Source: an uncultured Planctomycetota bacterium (GTDB taxonomy: Bacteria > Planctomycetota > Planctomycetia > Gemmatales > Gemmataceae). From it: a DNA stretch of 64,000 bases. The notes beneath the pieces were generated by a model that saw only the letters and a program-made list of their open reading frames with translations, had not been told where the DNA came from and did no database searches. Shown one piece after another: positions 8,398 through 20,373 of the stretch (position 1 is its first letter; each line of letters opens with the position of its first letter). Location: NCBI GenBank assembly GCA_963849325.1, contig CAWKHF010000005.1:224001-288000 (forward strand), given 5' to 3'. The position numbers were made by a program, and so were the translations under genes.

Positions 8398-11013
8398 ATG
8401 GCACGCCAACGCGCATCGTCCGGCAGCGGCAAACAGACTACCCAGACTCCGGCTCGGGCCAAAACCAGCCGCCCCCCGACCAGGAACAAGGAAGGTGCTC
8501 CCGGCGGCGGCTCGCCGCAAACCCTGCCGGCCGGCCTGCGCACCGACACGCGCTCCAAGTTCGTCCTCTACAACCTGCTCGGCAACGAACGCGCCTTCTA
8601 CCAGGTCGATCGCGTCGAGGTGGAGAAGCCGGCCAAGCCACCCAAGCAGAAAACGCTCGCTCACAGTGTCATCATCATCGATCGCTCCGGCTCGATGTAC
8701 TCCTACCTCGAAGACTTGAAGGACACCCTCATCAAGCTGCTGACCCTCGATGAGTACGGCCAATATGACTTGCTGGTGACGCTGATCTCCTACTCGTCGC
8801 AGGGCGATTGCCGCGTCCACTTCCAGCGCCGGCCGATCCAGGAGATTATGAAGCGCGACTCCAAGGAGTTAAAGGAGATCAAGCAAATCCACGTTACCGG
8901 CTTGACGTGCATCTCGCAGGCGGTGCAGCTGGCCGGCTCGCTGTGCAAGGACGAGGAGCTGACCTGCGTCACCCTGCACAGCGACGGCTACGCCAACCAC
9001 CCCAGTCCCAACATGGAGGCCAAGACGCTCGAAGCGCTGTGCGCCGAAATGCAGAAGCGGCCCATCTTCGTCAACACCATCGCCTATACCGATTACTCCG
9101 ACTTCCGCTTGCTGTCGAAGGTGGCTAACAGCGTGTCCGGCTCGTGCCTGAAGGCCGGCAACATCAAGCAGGTTTACGACGCGCTGTACAGCACCGAAAA
9201 GCTGCTGGGCAGCTCGGTGACGCCGCCCCTGGAAGTGCCGCTGGAGAAGGGCTACGACTATCAGGTGTTCGTGTCGCACCAGGGCGGCAAGGTCAACGGC
9301 GCGGCCGGCACGCTGATGATCCGCGGCCTCAAGGAAGACCACGACGCCGTCGTCTACAAGTACAAGAAACTGAGCGAGGCGGAATACAAAAAGCTCAAGG
9401 ACGTGCCGCAGGTGCAGACGAGCGAGGCGGTGCTGGCTTTCGCGCGGACGCAGCTGTCCGAAGGCGGCATCAACACCGCGAAATATGCTCTCGCCAGCAC
9501 CTATGACGCCACCCTGGTCGAGCGGCACGGCAAGGCGCTGACTAACCTGCAAGTGGCGGCGATGGCCCAGGATCTCGACACCGTGCTGTTCCAGCCCGGC
9601 ATCCTGCAAGAACATGACGTACTCGACCACGTCCCGGTCAACACGCGCATCAGCGTGCTGGCCCTAGCCCACCTGCTCGGCCAACACAAGGACGAGTTCG
9701 TCGTCAACCTCGAACATTTGAAGGCGAACTATGTTCGCCGCGGTCTGCGCCGCGTCCAGGGCACGCGCGGCGACGACGGTAAGCTGATCGAGCCGACCCT
9801 GAAAACGGAGTTCACCGACAAGGGCGATTACGCTCCGGTATCGTCGTTCGACATCAATCGCAACACGGCCAACCTGAACATGCTCATCGCTCGGCCGGTG
9901 CGGCTGGTGCCGCGCGGCGGTGGCAAGCCGATCCAGGAAGTGGCTGGCATCAAGCTCGACCAGCTGAGCACGTTCAATAATTACACCCTGATCGGCGACG
10001 GTGAACTGAACGTCCCGACCCTGCAAATCAAGATTCGCTCCAGGAAGCTGTTCGACCTGTTGAAAAACGAAGGCGCGTTGGAAGCGGACGGCCAGGCGGC
10101 GACGAAGTACGACGCCGACGCGGAGTACACGCTGCGGCTGGACGCGCTGCCCCTGGTGCCGCCCTTCGAGGGGGCCATCGATCTCGACGGCGTGTTCGAG
10201 GACCTCGCCGACAGCAAGGTGCTGTCGAGCATCCTCGCCGCCCACCTCAAAGAGGAGTCCGACCAGTTCACGCCGGAGCAGCTCGACGAGTTGAAAAAGC
10301 ACTACTTGTCCAAGAGCCTGTATCTCAACTTTCCGACCACCACGGAGTATACGGATCTGCAACAGGCTTTGGCCGAGGGCAGCGTCGATTCGCGCGTCAG
10401 CTACAAGATTGACATCGGCAACCGCCACATCCTCAACCTGGGCAAGCTGATGTCGGCCAACAAATTCCTCGACCGCCTCTATGAAGTGATCGGCAAGGAC
10501 GGCCAGAAGATCGACAAGCCGACCTTCGAGAACTTCCTCGACGGCGACGTGACAGTGCGGCACAAGCAGCTGTCGGCACGGACGAAGATCACCGCCGTCG
10601 ATGAATTCATGCGCCGCGTCTTCGACGACTTCCTCGGCCTGACGAACAACGGCGTGGTCAACGGCATCCTCAAGCGGGTCGGCGTGACGGACCTCCTCAA
10701 GGTGCTGCAAGAGAAGCACAAGGGCAAGAAGGTCACGCGCGCGGATTACGTCGCCGCCCTGACCGACGCCCGCCGCAAGCTGGATGCGTATGCGGAAGAC
10801 ATCTATCAGGAGAAGGTGTCGCCGCTGGTGTTTTACATCGGCTCGACCGGCGTGCTGCCCGACGAGATGGATACCAAGGCGCTGACGACCGAGCAGCTGA
10901 CGGCCAAGTATCCCGAGCTGGCGCTGTCCAAGGACGAACAGGAAGGCATGTTCTTCGAGATCGGCGAGACGATCCTGACGGTATATGCCAAGAACGAATA
11001 TTTCTCGCGGTGA
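8398..11013 (+). CDS. Large VWA-domain protein with long uncharacterised C-terminal region (alternative start 8356)
   Basis: MIDAS motif IIIDRSGSM, followed by GLTCISQA and LHSDG; intact ~870 aa ORF. Confidence 0.8.
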   Translation: MARQRASSGSGKQTTQTPARAKTSRPPTRNKEGAPGGGSPQTLPAGLRTDTRSKFVLYNLLGNERAFYQVDRVEVEKPAKPPKQKTLAHSVIIIDRSGSMYSYLEDLKDTLIKLLTLDEYGQYDLLVTLISYSSQGDCRVHFQRRPIQEIMKRDSKELKEIKQIHVTGLTCISQAVQLAGSLCKDEELTCVTLHSDGYANHPSPNMEAKTLEALCAEMQKRPIFVNTIAYTDYSDFRLLSKVANSVSGSCLKAGNIKQVYDALYSTEKLLGSSVTPPLEVPLEKGYDYQVFVSHQGGKVNGAAGTLMIRGLKEDHDAVVYKYKKLSEAEYKKLKDVPQVQTSEAVLAFARTQLSEGGINTAKYALASTYDATLVERHGKALTNLQVAAMAQDLDTVLFQPGILQEHDVLDHVPVNTRISVLALAHLLGQHKDEFVVNLEHLKANYVRRGLRRVQGTRGDDGKLIEPTLKTEFTDKGDYAPVSSFDINRNTANLNMLIARPVRLVPRGGGKPIQEVAGIKLDQLSTFNNYTLIGDGELNVPTLQIKIRSRKLFDLLKNEGALEADGQAATKYDADAEYTLRLDALPLVPPFEGAIDLDGVFEDLADSKVLSSILAAHLKEESDQFTPEQLDELKKHYLSKSLYLNFPTTTEYTDLQQALAEGSVDSRVSYKIDIGNRHILNLGKLMSANKFLDRLYEVIGKDGQKIDKPTFENFLDGDVTVRHKQLSARTKITAVDEFMRRVFDDFLGLTNNGVVNGILKRVGVTDLLKVLQEKHKGKKVTRADYVAALTDARRKLDAYAEDIYQEKVSPLVFYIGSTGVLPDEMDTKALTTEQLTAKYPELALSKDEQEGMFFEIGETILTVYAKNEYFSR

Positions 11014-11035
11014 GTGGGATAAGAAGCTCTAACAA

Positions 11036-11151
11036 AAAGAGCCTCACGCAAAGACGCAAAGGACGCAAAGAAAGACAAAAAATAGGCGTGAGTCGCTTGG
11101 ATCTTCTTCTCTTTTCCTTTGCGTCCTTTGCGCCTTTGCGTGAGGCTCTTT
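11036..11151. repeat. Inverted repeat built from CGCAAAG(G)A units
   Basis: 35-bp arms AAAGAGCCTCACGCAAAGACGCAAAGGACGCAAAG / CTTTGCGTCCTTTGCGCCTTTGCGTGAGGCTCTTT. Confidence 0.85.
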
Positions 11152-11160
11152 ATAACTTGT

Positions 11161-11292
11161 AAAAAATGAACCACGGATGAACACGTATAAAAGATAAAAA
11201 GATGTAAATACACCGAAATGCGCGTTCCTCGCGATTGTCTTTCATTTTGTTTTGATCCGTGTTTATCTGTGTTCATCTGTGGTTCATTTTTT
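11161..11292. repeat. AT-rich inverted repeat (AACCACGGATGAACAC type)
   Basis: AAAAAATGAACCACGGATGAACAC ... GTGTTCATCTGTGGTTCATTTTTT. Confidence 0.8.
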
Positions 11293-11338
11293 GTGGTGTT
11301 ATAAGCTCGGTCCTTCCCGCCGAGGGGAGAGCATTCGC

Positions 11339-11923
11339 ATGTCAGCCACGTCGGCGACGCTTCTGGAGCGGCTGCGCGATCGGGCGGACGCCGAAGCGTG
11401 GCAGCGCCTCGTCGAACTGTACACGCCGCTGTTGACCGGCTGGCTGCGCCGTCACGCCCTGCAACCCTCCGACGTGGACGATCTCGTGCAGGAAGTGCTC
11501 GCCGCCGTGGCGCGGGACATTGGACGGTTCGAGCACAATCGCCGGGTCGGAGCGTTTCGGCACTGGCTGCGCACCATTCTCGCCAACCGCCTGCGCGAGT
11601 TCTGGCGTGCGCAACGAGCCAGGCCGACGGCCACCGGCGAGAGCGATTTCGCCGACATTCTCGCTCAGCTCGAAGACTCCGGCAGCGGTCTCAGCCGGCT
11701 GTGGGACCGCGAACACGACGAACACGTCGTCCGCCGTCTGCTGGCGATGATCGAGCCGCAGTTCACGCCGTCCACCTGGCAGGCGTTCCGCCGTCTCGTC
11801 CTTGACGGAGAGCGGCCGGACGCTGTCGCCGCGGAACTCGGTCTGTCGGTCAACGCTGTCTTCATCGCCAAGTCGCGCGTGCTCCAGCGCCTCCGCCAGG
11901 AGGGACGCGACCTGCTCGACTGA
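11339..11923 (+). CDS. ECF-type RNA polymerase sigma-70 factor
   Basis: TSATLLERLR, AWQRLVELYTP, DDLVQEV, FRHWLRTI, region 4 VAAELGLSVNAVFIAKSRVLQRLR. Confidence 0.9.
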   Translation: MSATSATLLERLRDRADAEAWQRLVELYTPLLTGWLRRHALQPSDVDDLVQEVLAAVARDIGRFEHNRRVGAFRHWLRTILANRLREFWRAQRARPTATGESDFADILAQLEDSGSGLSRLWDREHDEHVVRRLLAMIEPQFTPSTWQAFRRLVLDGERPDAVAAELGLSVNAVFIAKSRVLQRLRQEGRDLLD

Positions 11924-12017
11924 CATTTTTCTGAAAGAACCTCCGCACGTCTGTCCTTCTACAGAAGAGGGTCGGCGTTCGTCCGCCGCTTCTCTCATCG
12001 CGGAGGAGGAAGACGAT

Positions 12018-12359
12018 ATGATCGAACCGTGGTTTGATCCCAATCATTGGGCGTGGCTGCCGGGGACCGCTCTGGGATGTCTCGGCGGTCTGTGGGGAGG
12101 GCTGGCCGGTGTCCTCGTGCCGCTGCGGAGAGGACGGGTGTTGGTTTTCGGGCTGGGCCTGCTGCTGGTCGTGCTGGCGGCGGCGTCGGTGGTCGTGGGA
12201 TTGACGGCGTTGGTGAGCGGGCAGCCCTTTGGCGTGTGGTTCTTCCTGGTCGTGCCGATCCTGCCGTGCGCTGTGCTCCTCCTCGTCTTTCTTTGCCTGC
12301 TCCCGAAGCTCTATCGAAGGGCGGAAGAGGATCGTGCGGGGAACAGAGGTATATCTTAA
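12018..12359 (+). CDS. Small three-helix membrane protein
   Basis: GGAGGAGG RBS; hydrophobic 113 aa ORF between the sigma factor and the kinase. Confidence 0.65.
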   Translation: MIEPWFDPNHWAWLPGTALGCLGGLWGGLAGVLVPLRRGRVLVFGLGLLLVVLAAASVVVGLTALVSGQPFGVWFFLVVPILPCAVLLLVFLCLLPKLYRRAEEDRAGNRGIS

Positions 12360-12383
12360 TTTTCCTTGCGAGGAGACGGTCCC

Positions 12384-14258
12384 ATGAGTAACGGCAAGCT
12401 CGATCATCCCGACGCCGCGCGGTTGAACGCCTTCGGCCTGGGTCAGCTTGACCCCGCCGAGGCGGGCGAGGTCGAACGCCACGTGTCGGCCTGCACGGTT
12501 TGCTGCCAGACGCTCTGGTCGCTGCCCGACGATCAACTGGTGGAGCTGCTGCGACAATCCTTCCGTCGTCTGCCCGACGACGTGCATCCGCCGGACTCCG
12601 GAGCGACGGTCCTGCTGCCGGCCGAGTTGGCCGATCACTCGCGCTACCGCATCGTCGCGGTGCTGGGGCGCGGCGGTATGGGCGTCGTCTACAAGGCGGA
12701 GCATCGCCTCATGGAGCGGCCGGTCGCCTTGAAGGTGATCGACCGCGGCCTGACCGACAAGCCGGAGGTGGTCGAGCGCTTTCGCCGCGAGGTCAAGGCG
12801 GCAGCCCAGCTGACGCACCCCAACATCGTCCACGCCTACGACGCCGAGCAAGCCGGCGACAGTCATTTCCTGGTCATGGAGTTCGTGGAGGGAACGACAT
12901 TGGCCCGGCGGGTCGAGGAGAACGGGCCGCTGCCGATCCAGGAAGCCTGCGATTCCATCCGGCAGGCGGCCCTGGGTCTGCAACGCGCCTGGGAGCACGG
13001 CCTGGTCCACCGCGACATCAAACCGCACAATTTGATGCTCACTCCGCAAGGCGTGGTCAAGGTGCTCGATTTCGGCCTGGCCCGGTTGGCGGGAGAGTCC
13101 CGGCCGTCCCTTCCCTCGCCGGCAGATGCGGCCGCTCCCGCCGGGCACCTGCTGACGCAGATGGGCATGGTCATGGGCACGGCCGATTACATGGCCCCGG
13201 AACAGGCGACCGACCCGCACGCCGCCGACATCCGCGCCGATGTCTACAGTCTCGGCTGCACGCTGTACTATCTGCTGACCGGCCGACCGCCGTTCCCGGA
13301 GGGCACCATCCTCGACAAACTGCTGGCGCACGGTCAACGTACTCCCGCGCCGCCGTCCGGCGTTCCCGCCGCCCTGGTCCGCGTCCTCGAACGGATGATG
13401 GCCAAGGAGCCGGCCCACCGCTATCAGACGCCGGCGGAAGTGGCCGAGGCGCTGCGGCCCTTCACCGCCGCCGCGCCGCGCCGTCGCTGGGCCTGGCCGT
13501 GGCGCTGGGCGGCCGCGCTGCTGGTCGCCGGCGTCGTGGCCATCGCCGCTGCCGTCATTACCGTGCAGATCGACAAGGGAGAATTCGTCATCGAAACCGA
13601 CAGCAACGACGTTGCCGTCCGGATCGACAAGGAAGGCGTGAAGGTCCACGATCGCGGCTCCAACCGCGAATATCTGCTGAAGCATGGCAGGCATCGTCTG
13701 CCGTCGGGCGAATACGAGATCGACGTTTCCGAACTGCCCGCCGGGATCGAGATGAGCGGCACCACCTTCCGGCTGAAGCGCGGCGAGACCACGATTGTCA
13801 CCGCGCGCGTCCGAGCGCCGGCGCGCATTCTCAAACGATTTGGCCCCGACGAGAAACTTATCAGCATGGACGACGTCACGGCGGAGGAGGGCGGGTGGCG
13901 CATCAAGGCCATTGCACCCCGCAGCGTCGGTCTCTACGAATTTGTCGTTCCCGAGGGGAACCTGGACGATTGCCGCGTGTTTTTCGAGGCGAAGATGAAG
14001 TCGGAGAAGCTCAAGGGGAAAGCGTACCTGGAGATGTGGTGCCACTTCCCGGAGCAGGGCGAGTCCTTCTCGAAAGGGATCGAGAACCCGGTGAGCGGAA
14101 CGACAAACTGGGCGTCCTACGAAACGCCGTTCTTCCTCCAGAAAGGGGAGCGGCCGGATCGGATCAAACTGAGGGTGATGATCGAGGGCACCGGCACGCT
14201 CTGGATCAAGGACATCGCCTTGCTCAAAGGCCCCTTCCCTGCCGAGATGCGGAAGTAG
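12384..14258 (+). CDS. Membrane Ser/Thr protein kinase with N-terminal zinc-binding anti-sigma-like motif
   Basis: HVSACTVC; GRGGMGVV, VALK, HRDIKPHN, DFG, GTADYMAPE; one TM helix, then a beta-rich extracytoplasmic domain. Confidence 0.92.
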   Translation: MSNGKLDHPDAARLNAFGLGQLDPAEAGEVERHVSACTVCCQTLWSLPDDQLVELLRQSFRRLPDDVHPPDSGATVLLPAELADHSRYRIVAVLGRGGMGVVYKAEHRLMERPVALKVIDRGLTDKPEVVERFRREVKAAAQLTHPNIVHAYDAEQAGDSHFLVMEFVEGTTLARRVEENGPLPIQEACDSIRQAALGLQRAWEHGLVHRDIKPHNLMLTPQGVVKVLDFGLARLAGESRPSLPSPADAAAPAGHLLTQMGMVMGTADYMAPEQATDPHAADIRADVYSLGCTLYYLLTGRPPFPEGTILDKLLAHGQRTPAPPSGVPAALVRVLERMMAKEPAHRYQTPAEVAEALRPFTAAAPRRRWAWPWRWAAALLVAGVVAIAAAVITVQIDKGEFVIETDSNDVAVRIDKEGVKVHDRGSNREYLLKHGRHRLPSGEYEIDVSELPAGIEMSGTTFRLKRGETTIVTARVRAPARILKRFGPDEKLISMDDVTAEEGGWRIKAIAPRSVGLYEFVVPEGNLDDCRVFFEAKMKSEKLKGKAYLEMWCHFPEQGESFSKGIENPVSGTTNWASYETPFFLQKGERPDRIKLRVMIEGTGTLWIKDIALLKGPFPAEMRK

Positions 14259-14389
14259 CGAGCGCCTTGAGTTCCGCCAAGGGTTGGAGCGTGCCGGACG
14301 CACCGAGGACAGCGGCGTCGGTCGCTCCTTCCGCCGCCGGCGCGGGACGCCGGATGGACAGGGCGAAGCGGTGGGGTACAGTCCAAGCA

Positions 14390-14444
14390 GAGCCGCGACC
14401 GTAAGGGAGCGGGAGAACGCACCGCTCCCTTACGGTCGCGGCTC
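14390..14444. repeat. REP-like palindrome, family C (GAGCCGCGACCGTAAGGGAGCGG)
   Basis: Inverted repeat; copies at 35447, 53220, 63870, 63930. Confidence 0.9.
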
Positions 14445-14459
14445 CGACAAGGAGTTTGG

Positions 14460-15378
14460 ATGTCGCCGTCCGCCGTTCTGCTGCGCGCCCTCACCCTGGT
14501 CGCCGGTGCGTCGCTCCTCGGTTGCGCCTCCACTCACCCCCGGCCGACCGACCGCACTTCTCCCCCCGCACCAATCCCCGTCCGCGAAAAGCTCGACGTG
14601 GTCTACGGCAAGGGCGGACTCGGAAACATGATGCTCGACCTGTACGCGCCAAAGGATCCGCCCGGCCCACTGCCGGCGATCGTCCTGCTCCACGGCGGCG
14701 GCTGGTGTCAAGGCTCCCGGCAGGGTCTGCGCAATACCGCTCACACCTTCGCGGAACACGGCTACGTCGCCGTCACGGTCGATTATCGGCTGGCCCCCAG
14801 CCACAAGTTCCCGGCCCAGATCGAAGACGCCAAGTGCGCCGTGCGCTGGCTGCGCGCGCAACGCGCGCCGCTATCACGTCGATCCCGAGCGCATCGGGGC
14901 CGTCGGTGTCTCGGCTGGAGCACACCTGGCCCTCCTTCTGGGCCTGACGGAGGCGAAGGACGGCTTGGAGGGACAGGGCGGCCACGCCGAGCAGTCCAGC
15001 AGGGTACAGGCCGTGGTCAACGTGATGGGTCCGACCGACCTGGCTCGTCCCGGTTGGCCGGCGGAGACGGAGAAACTGATCGCCGATGTGCTGGGCGGCG
15101 GCCGGGACAAGTTCCCCGCCGCTTATGTGGCGGCCTCGCCGCTGACCTACGTTCGCCCCGGAGCGCCGCCGGTGCTGACCATCCACGGCACGGCGGACCA
15201 CCTGGTCCCTTACGAGCAGGCCCAACTGCTGGACGCAGCGCTGCGCCAGGCGGGTTCGATTTCATTGCTGGAGACGATGACGAACAAGGGACACGGCCTC
15301 GGCTGGACCCCCGACGATCTGCAACACACCACCTCGATCATCTTCGAGTTCACGGATCGGCAGCTCAAGCAGCGCTGA
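14460..15378 (+). CDS. Alpha/beta hydrolase (HSL-like esterase) lipoprotein; frameshift near 14860
   Basis: LLGC lipobox, HGGGW, DYRLAP, GVSAG nucleophile, HGTAD, GHG. Confidence 0.85.
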
Positions 15379-15393
15379 CGCTGCACCAGGGCT

Positions 15394-17877
15394 TTAGCCC
15401 TTGGCTCCGCAAGTGTGGAGAAGAGAGATCGAGAAAGACGCCGCATAGAGCATCAAGGCGATCCAGTACAGCGACGACAAGCCGAAGTACATGGAATTGT
15501 ATTCCAGCAGCCCGCCGCAAATGGCGCCGACCAGGTTGGCCGCCATCGCCCCGGAGACGTCCTGGCTCCGTTGGAGCAAGGACGAGAAGACCAGGCCCGA
15601 AAAAAACAGGGGACAGGTCAGCACGGCCACGGCGCCGAGCCGGCCCGCTGGCGTCGGCGCGAAGCCGGCCTTGGTGACGAACAGCCCCAGGAGCAGGCTG
15701 GCCGACAGCAGCAGGTAGGTCGGGACGAGGCTGTTCCAGCGCATCCATCCCACCAGCGCATTGGCGAGGAACGCCATGACCAGAATGCTGGCCAGGACGA
15801 TGCTGAGGACCTGCCAGGTGTTGCCGAACGTCAAGCCCAGCTCGGTGATGCCCTTGGTCTCGACGAGCATGAAGCCGGCGCCCAGGAAGAAAAAATCGCC
15901 TCGGCCCCACGGCGTTTGGCCCTGGAAAAAGGGCCAGACCAGGACGACGGAAACGACAAGGAGGATGCCGAGGACGAGGACATACGAGGTCGGATAGACG
16001 CGGCGGGGCATGTAAAAGAACGGCCAATCGTCGGTCGAGACGTCGGCGTGCAGAGTGGGGTCGGCGAAGGACGCGGCCGCGTCCTCCAGCTCGCCGCCGC
16101 CGAGAAGACCGGCCGGCAACTCGACGGCCCCACCCTGGCGCTGGAGGAAGACGACGGCGCCATCGTAGTGGCCGCGCACGCACGCCGGCGCTTGGCCGTC
16201 GAAGGCTTCCTGAAGCATCCGGTAGATCTTACGGCCCTGCTCCGGCGCCAGCACGGTAAAGGCCAGGCTCAACGTCCCGTCCGGGGCCAATCGCCGCCGC
16301 GCCTCGCGGAACGCCTCCACCGTGTAGACGAAGGAATCGAGGCGCACGTTCGTCCCCGGCCCGAGCAGCGTGTGCGAATCGAGCAGGCCATACACTATCA
16401 GGTCGTAACTATCGCGGCCGCGGCGCAGGAACGAGCGGGCATCCTCGACGATGGCCCGAACGCGCGGGTCCTGGTACGGCCGGTGCGGGTGATAAGCGAT
16501 GCCGATGTCCAGGATGGCCGGGTCGATCTCGATGGCGTCCACCTGGCTCGCCCCCATTCGCAGGGCCATCGCCGCGTCGTTGCCGGTGCCCGCCCCGACG
16601 ACGGCCACCCGGCCGGGATGACCGTGGACCTGGTACGGCAGCGCATAATAGGCGACGCTGGCGTGCAGGGCCGGGTCGCGCAGGGCGGCGTCGAAATCGA
16701 GGATGCGCTGATAGTAGTGGCCGGCCGCCCGGATGGTGCATAGTCCGCGCTCGCCCGGGCCGCGCTCGATCAGCTGATAAGGCGAGTACACCTGCTCCCA
16801 CAGAAACGTCGTCGGCCAGGCCAGGGCCAGTAGTCCGAGCAGGCAGCCGGCGCCGCCAAAGAGCAGCAGGCGGCGATGGAACGCCTGGAAGGCGAGCATG
16901 GCCGCGAAACACAGGCCGAGCCAGATCAGCGGCGGCGTCCGCGCGGCACTCAGGCCGTGCATCAGTACGACGCCGCCGAGACTGCCGAGCAAGTTCAGCC
17001 CATAAGCCCGCAGCTTGGGACGCCGATTCATCAGGCAGCCGCACAGCTGCCCGATGGGAACAAAAGCCAGGGCGGTGAGGACGAACACGACGACCAGCAG
17101 CAGCATCACCGAGGCATACTGGGAGCTGCGGACGTGCCCCAGTCCCATGTGGAACTGCTCCGCGAACGGCGTGGCCCGCAGCAGGCCGGTGTTCCAGCCC
17201 GGCGGCCCGTAGCGCGTTATCGTGAGCAGCACGATTTGCCACGATAGCAGCGGCACGGACATCAACAGGGGGATGTGCGAACGATTCGCCAGGGCGTAGC
17301 CGAGGCCGAGACCGAGGAAGCAGGCGAGCAGAGTGAAGTTCTTGTAGAAGGCGAACAGCTCAAAGATGGCGCCCTGCCAGCGGATGACGGCCAGCTCCAG
17401 GACCAGGCTCAGTCCGGCGGAGAGCACAATGCAGCCGTCGATCCAGCGCGGAGAGAACGTGTCCAGGTAATTGCGCTGTCGGGCCGACAAGCCGTCAATC
17501 GTTCGAGCGAACCGTCGCGGCAGGTAAATGGCGGCGACGACGGCGAGTCCCACGAGGGCCGTGACGCTGACAAACTTCAGGGCCAGCACGCCCCATCCAC
17601 CCGCCGCGTAAGGAGAGTGTTTTCGGGTGCAGTTGGAAACCAACAGGAGAAGGGGAATCAGACTGCTGAGCGCGACACTGCGCGGAGGAAAAAAAGATAC
17701 GGCCCGAGTACGCCCCCGCCGGCGCCTCGGGCGTCTTCGTCGATCCTGCCCTTCACGAGAACATCCTCCCTGACGTTTCACCGACCCTCCAAACGGCGAG
17801 CGGCTTGGCGTAGTGTCGCAAATCGGGCCAGAGTGTGCCAGAGCAGAGAGAAAGCGACGAGCGCTATCTCGAAGCAA
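15394..17877 (-). CDS. Multi-TM protein fused to a spermidine-synthase-like SAM-dependent domain (true start uncertain, probably ~17600-17700)
   Basis: VVGAGTGND, EIDP, EDARSFL, YDLIV, STDDWPF; LELAVIRW and YGLNLLGSLGG TM motifs. Confidence 0.8.
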   Translation of the reverse strand: MLRDSARRFLSALAHSGPICDTTPSRSPFGGSVKRQGGCSREGQDRRRRPRRRRGRTRAVSFFPPRSVALSSLIPLLLLVSNCTRKHSPYAAGGWGVLALKFVSVTALVGLAVVAAIYLPRRFARTIDGLSARQRNYLDTFSPRWIDGCIVLSAGLSLVLELAVIRWQGAIFELFAFYKNFTLLACFLGLGLGYALANRSHIPLLMSVPLLSWQIVLLTITRYGPPGWNTGLLRATPFAEQFHMGLGHVRSSQYASVMLLLVVVFVLTALAFVPIGQLCGCLMNRRPKLRAYGLNLLGSLGGVVLMHGLSAARTPPLIWLGLCFAAMLAFQAFHRRLLLFGGAGCLLGLLALAWPTTFLWEQVYSPYQLIERGPGERGLCTIRAAGHYYQRILDFDAALRDPALHASVAYYALPYQVHGHPGRVAVVGAGTGNDAAMALRMGASQVDAIEIDPAILDIGIAYHPHRPYQDPRVRAIVEDARSFLRRGRDSYDLIVYGLLDSHTLLGPGTNVRLDSFVYTVEAFREARRRLAPDGTLSLAFTVLAPEQGRKIYRMLQEAFDGQAPACVRGHYDGAVVFLQRQGGAVELPAGLLGGGELEDAAASFADPTLHADVSTDDWPFFYMPRRVYPTSYVLVLGILLVVSVVLVWPFFQGQTPWGRGDFFFLGAGFMLVETKGITELGLTFGNTWQVLSIVLASILVMAFLANALVGWMRWNSLVPTYLLLSASLLLGLFVTKAGFAPTPAGRLGAVAVLTCPLFFSGLVFSSLLQRSQDVSGAMAANLVGAICGGLLEYNSMYFGLSSLYWIALMLYAASFSISLLHTCGAKG

Positions 17878-17940
17878 GCCCGGAGCGCTAGCGACGGGTT
17901 AGGGTTAGGTAGATTAGAGATACTTAGGAAGGGACATCAG

Positions 17941-18014
17941 TGGACAGGGTCGGATTCGAACCGACGACCTACGCCTTTTCAGGGCGCCGCTCATACCAGC
18001 TGAGCTACCTGTCC
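17941..18014 (-). tRNA. tRNA-Phe(GAA), CCA not encoded
   Basis: Cloverleaf: GGACAGG/CCTGTCC acceptor, GCTC/GAGC D stem, GCGCC-CTGAAAA-GGCGT anticodon arm, GTCGG-TTCGAAT-CCGAC T arm. Confidence 0.93.
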
Positions 18015-18026
18015 TCGCCAACACAT

Positions 18027-18055
18027 AGAATAGGCAAATTCACTGGAGTCGTCAA
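18027..18055 (-). promoter_or_regulatory. Sigma-70 type promoter for tRNA-Phe
   Basis: TTGACG-17 nt-TATTCT on the minus strand, 12 nt upstream of the tRNA. Confidence 0.7.
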
Positions 18056-18111
18056 CGCTCTCGACCGGGACGTTCCGCGCGGGAGCGTGGATTGTGGAAG
18101 TGCGTTGTCTT

Positions 18112-18274
18112 TTTCGTTAGCCCAGCCCTTCAGGGCTGGGAAAGTCGGCGAATGAGGAGGGGTTTTGGGGCTTTAGCCCCTCCGCCGCCTCGGACAGGCA
18201 TGGGGAGGGCCTAAAGGCCCGACGCTCCTCCCAATCCGCGCCCTTCCCAGCCCTGAAGGGCTGGGCTAACGAAA
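18112..18274. repeat. REPIN/MITE-like element with self-palindromic arms (CCCAGCCCTTCAGGGCTGGG)
   Basis: 31-bp perfect inverted arms around a ~100-bp spacer. Confidence 0.85.
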
Positions 18275-18313
18275 CAACACCAGAAACGATTCACGCACCC
18301 CCGCACGCGAGAC

Positions 18314-20162
<1,849 letters not shown>

Positions 20163-20373
20163 GCCTGTTCCTCCGTGAACGGCGACGATCGAGGTCTTCC
20201 GTGACGGACGCCGAAGTTCCCGAGTTTACCGGGACGCCCCCCGTCTCACAAGACCACCTCCCGCATGAGGTCGTTCCCTCTCGACGAAGCCGGGATGAAC
20301 TTTTGTCCGTAGCCGCCGGCTCGCTAAAATACGTGCTGGAGTGCGAATAGGCCCCTTTCTCGGAGTTCCCCTC

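Noticed and set aside
11862-14303. Long antisense ORFs (813 aa here; also 26475-28706, 29332-31401, 22130-23878)
   Set aside because: Shadow frames of real genes in high-GC DNA, with no recognisable motifs
14355-14365. TGGACAGGG match to the tRNA-Phe 3' end as an att site
   Set aside because: Only 9 bp exact and no integrase nearby; compatible with chance
20163-20340. glmS ribozyme in the glmS leader
   Set aside because: The conserved AGCGCC and GACGAGG core is not visible on the minus strand
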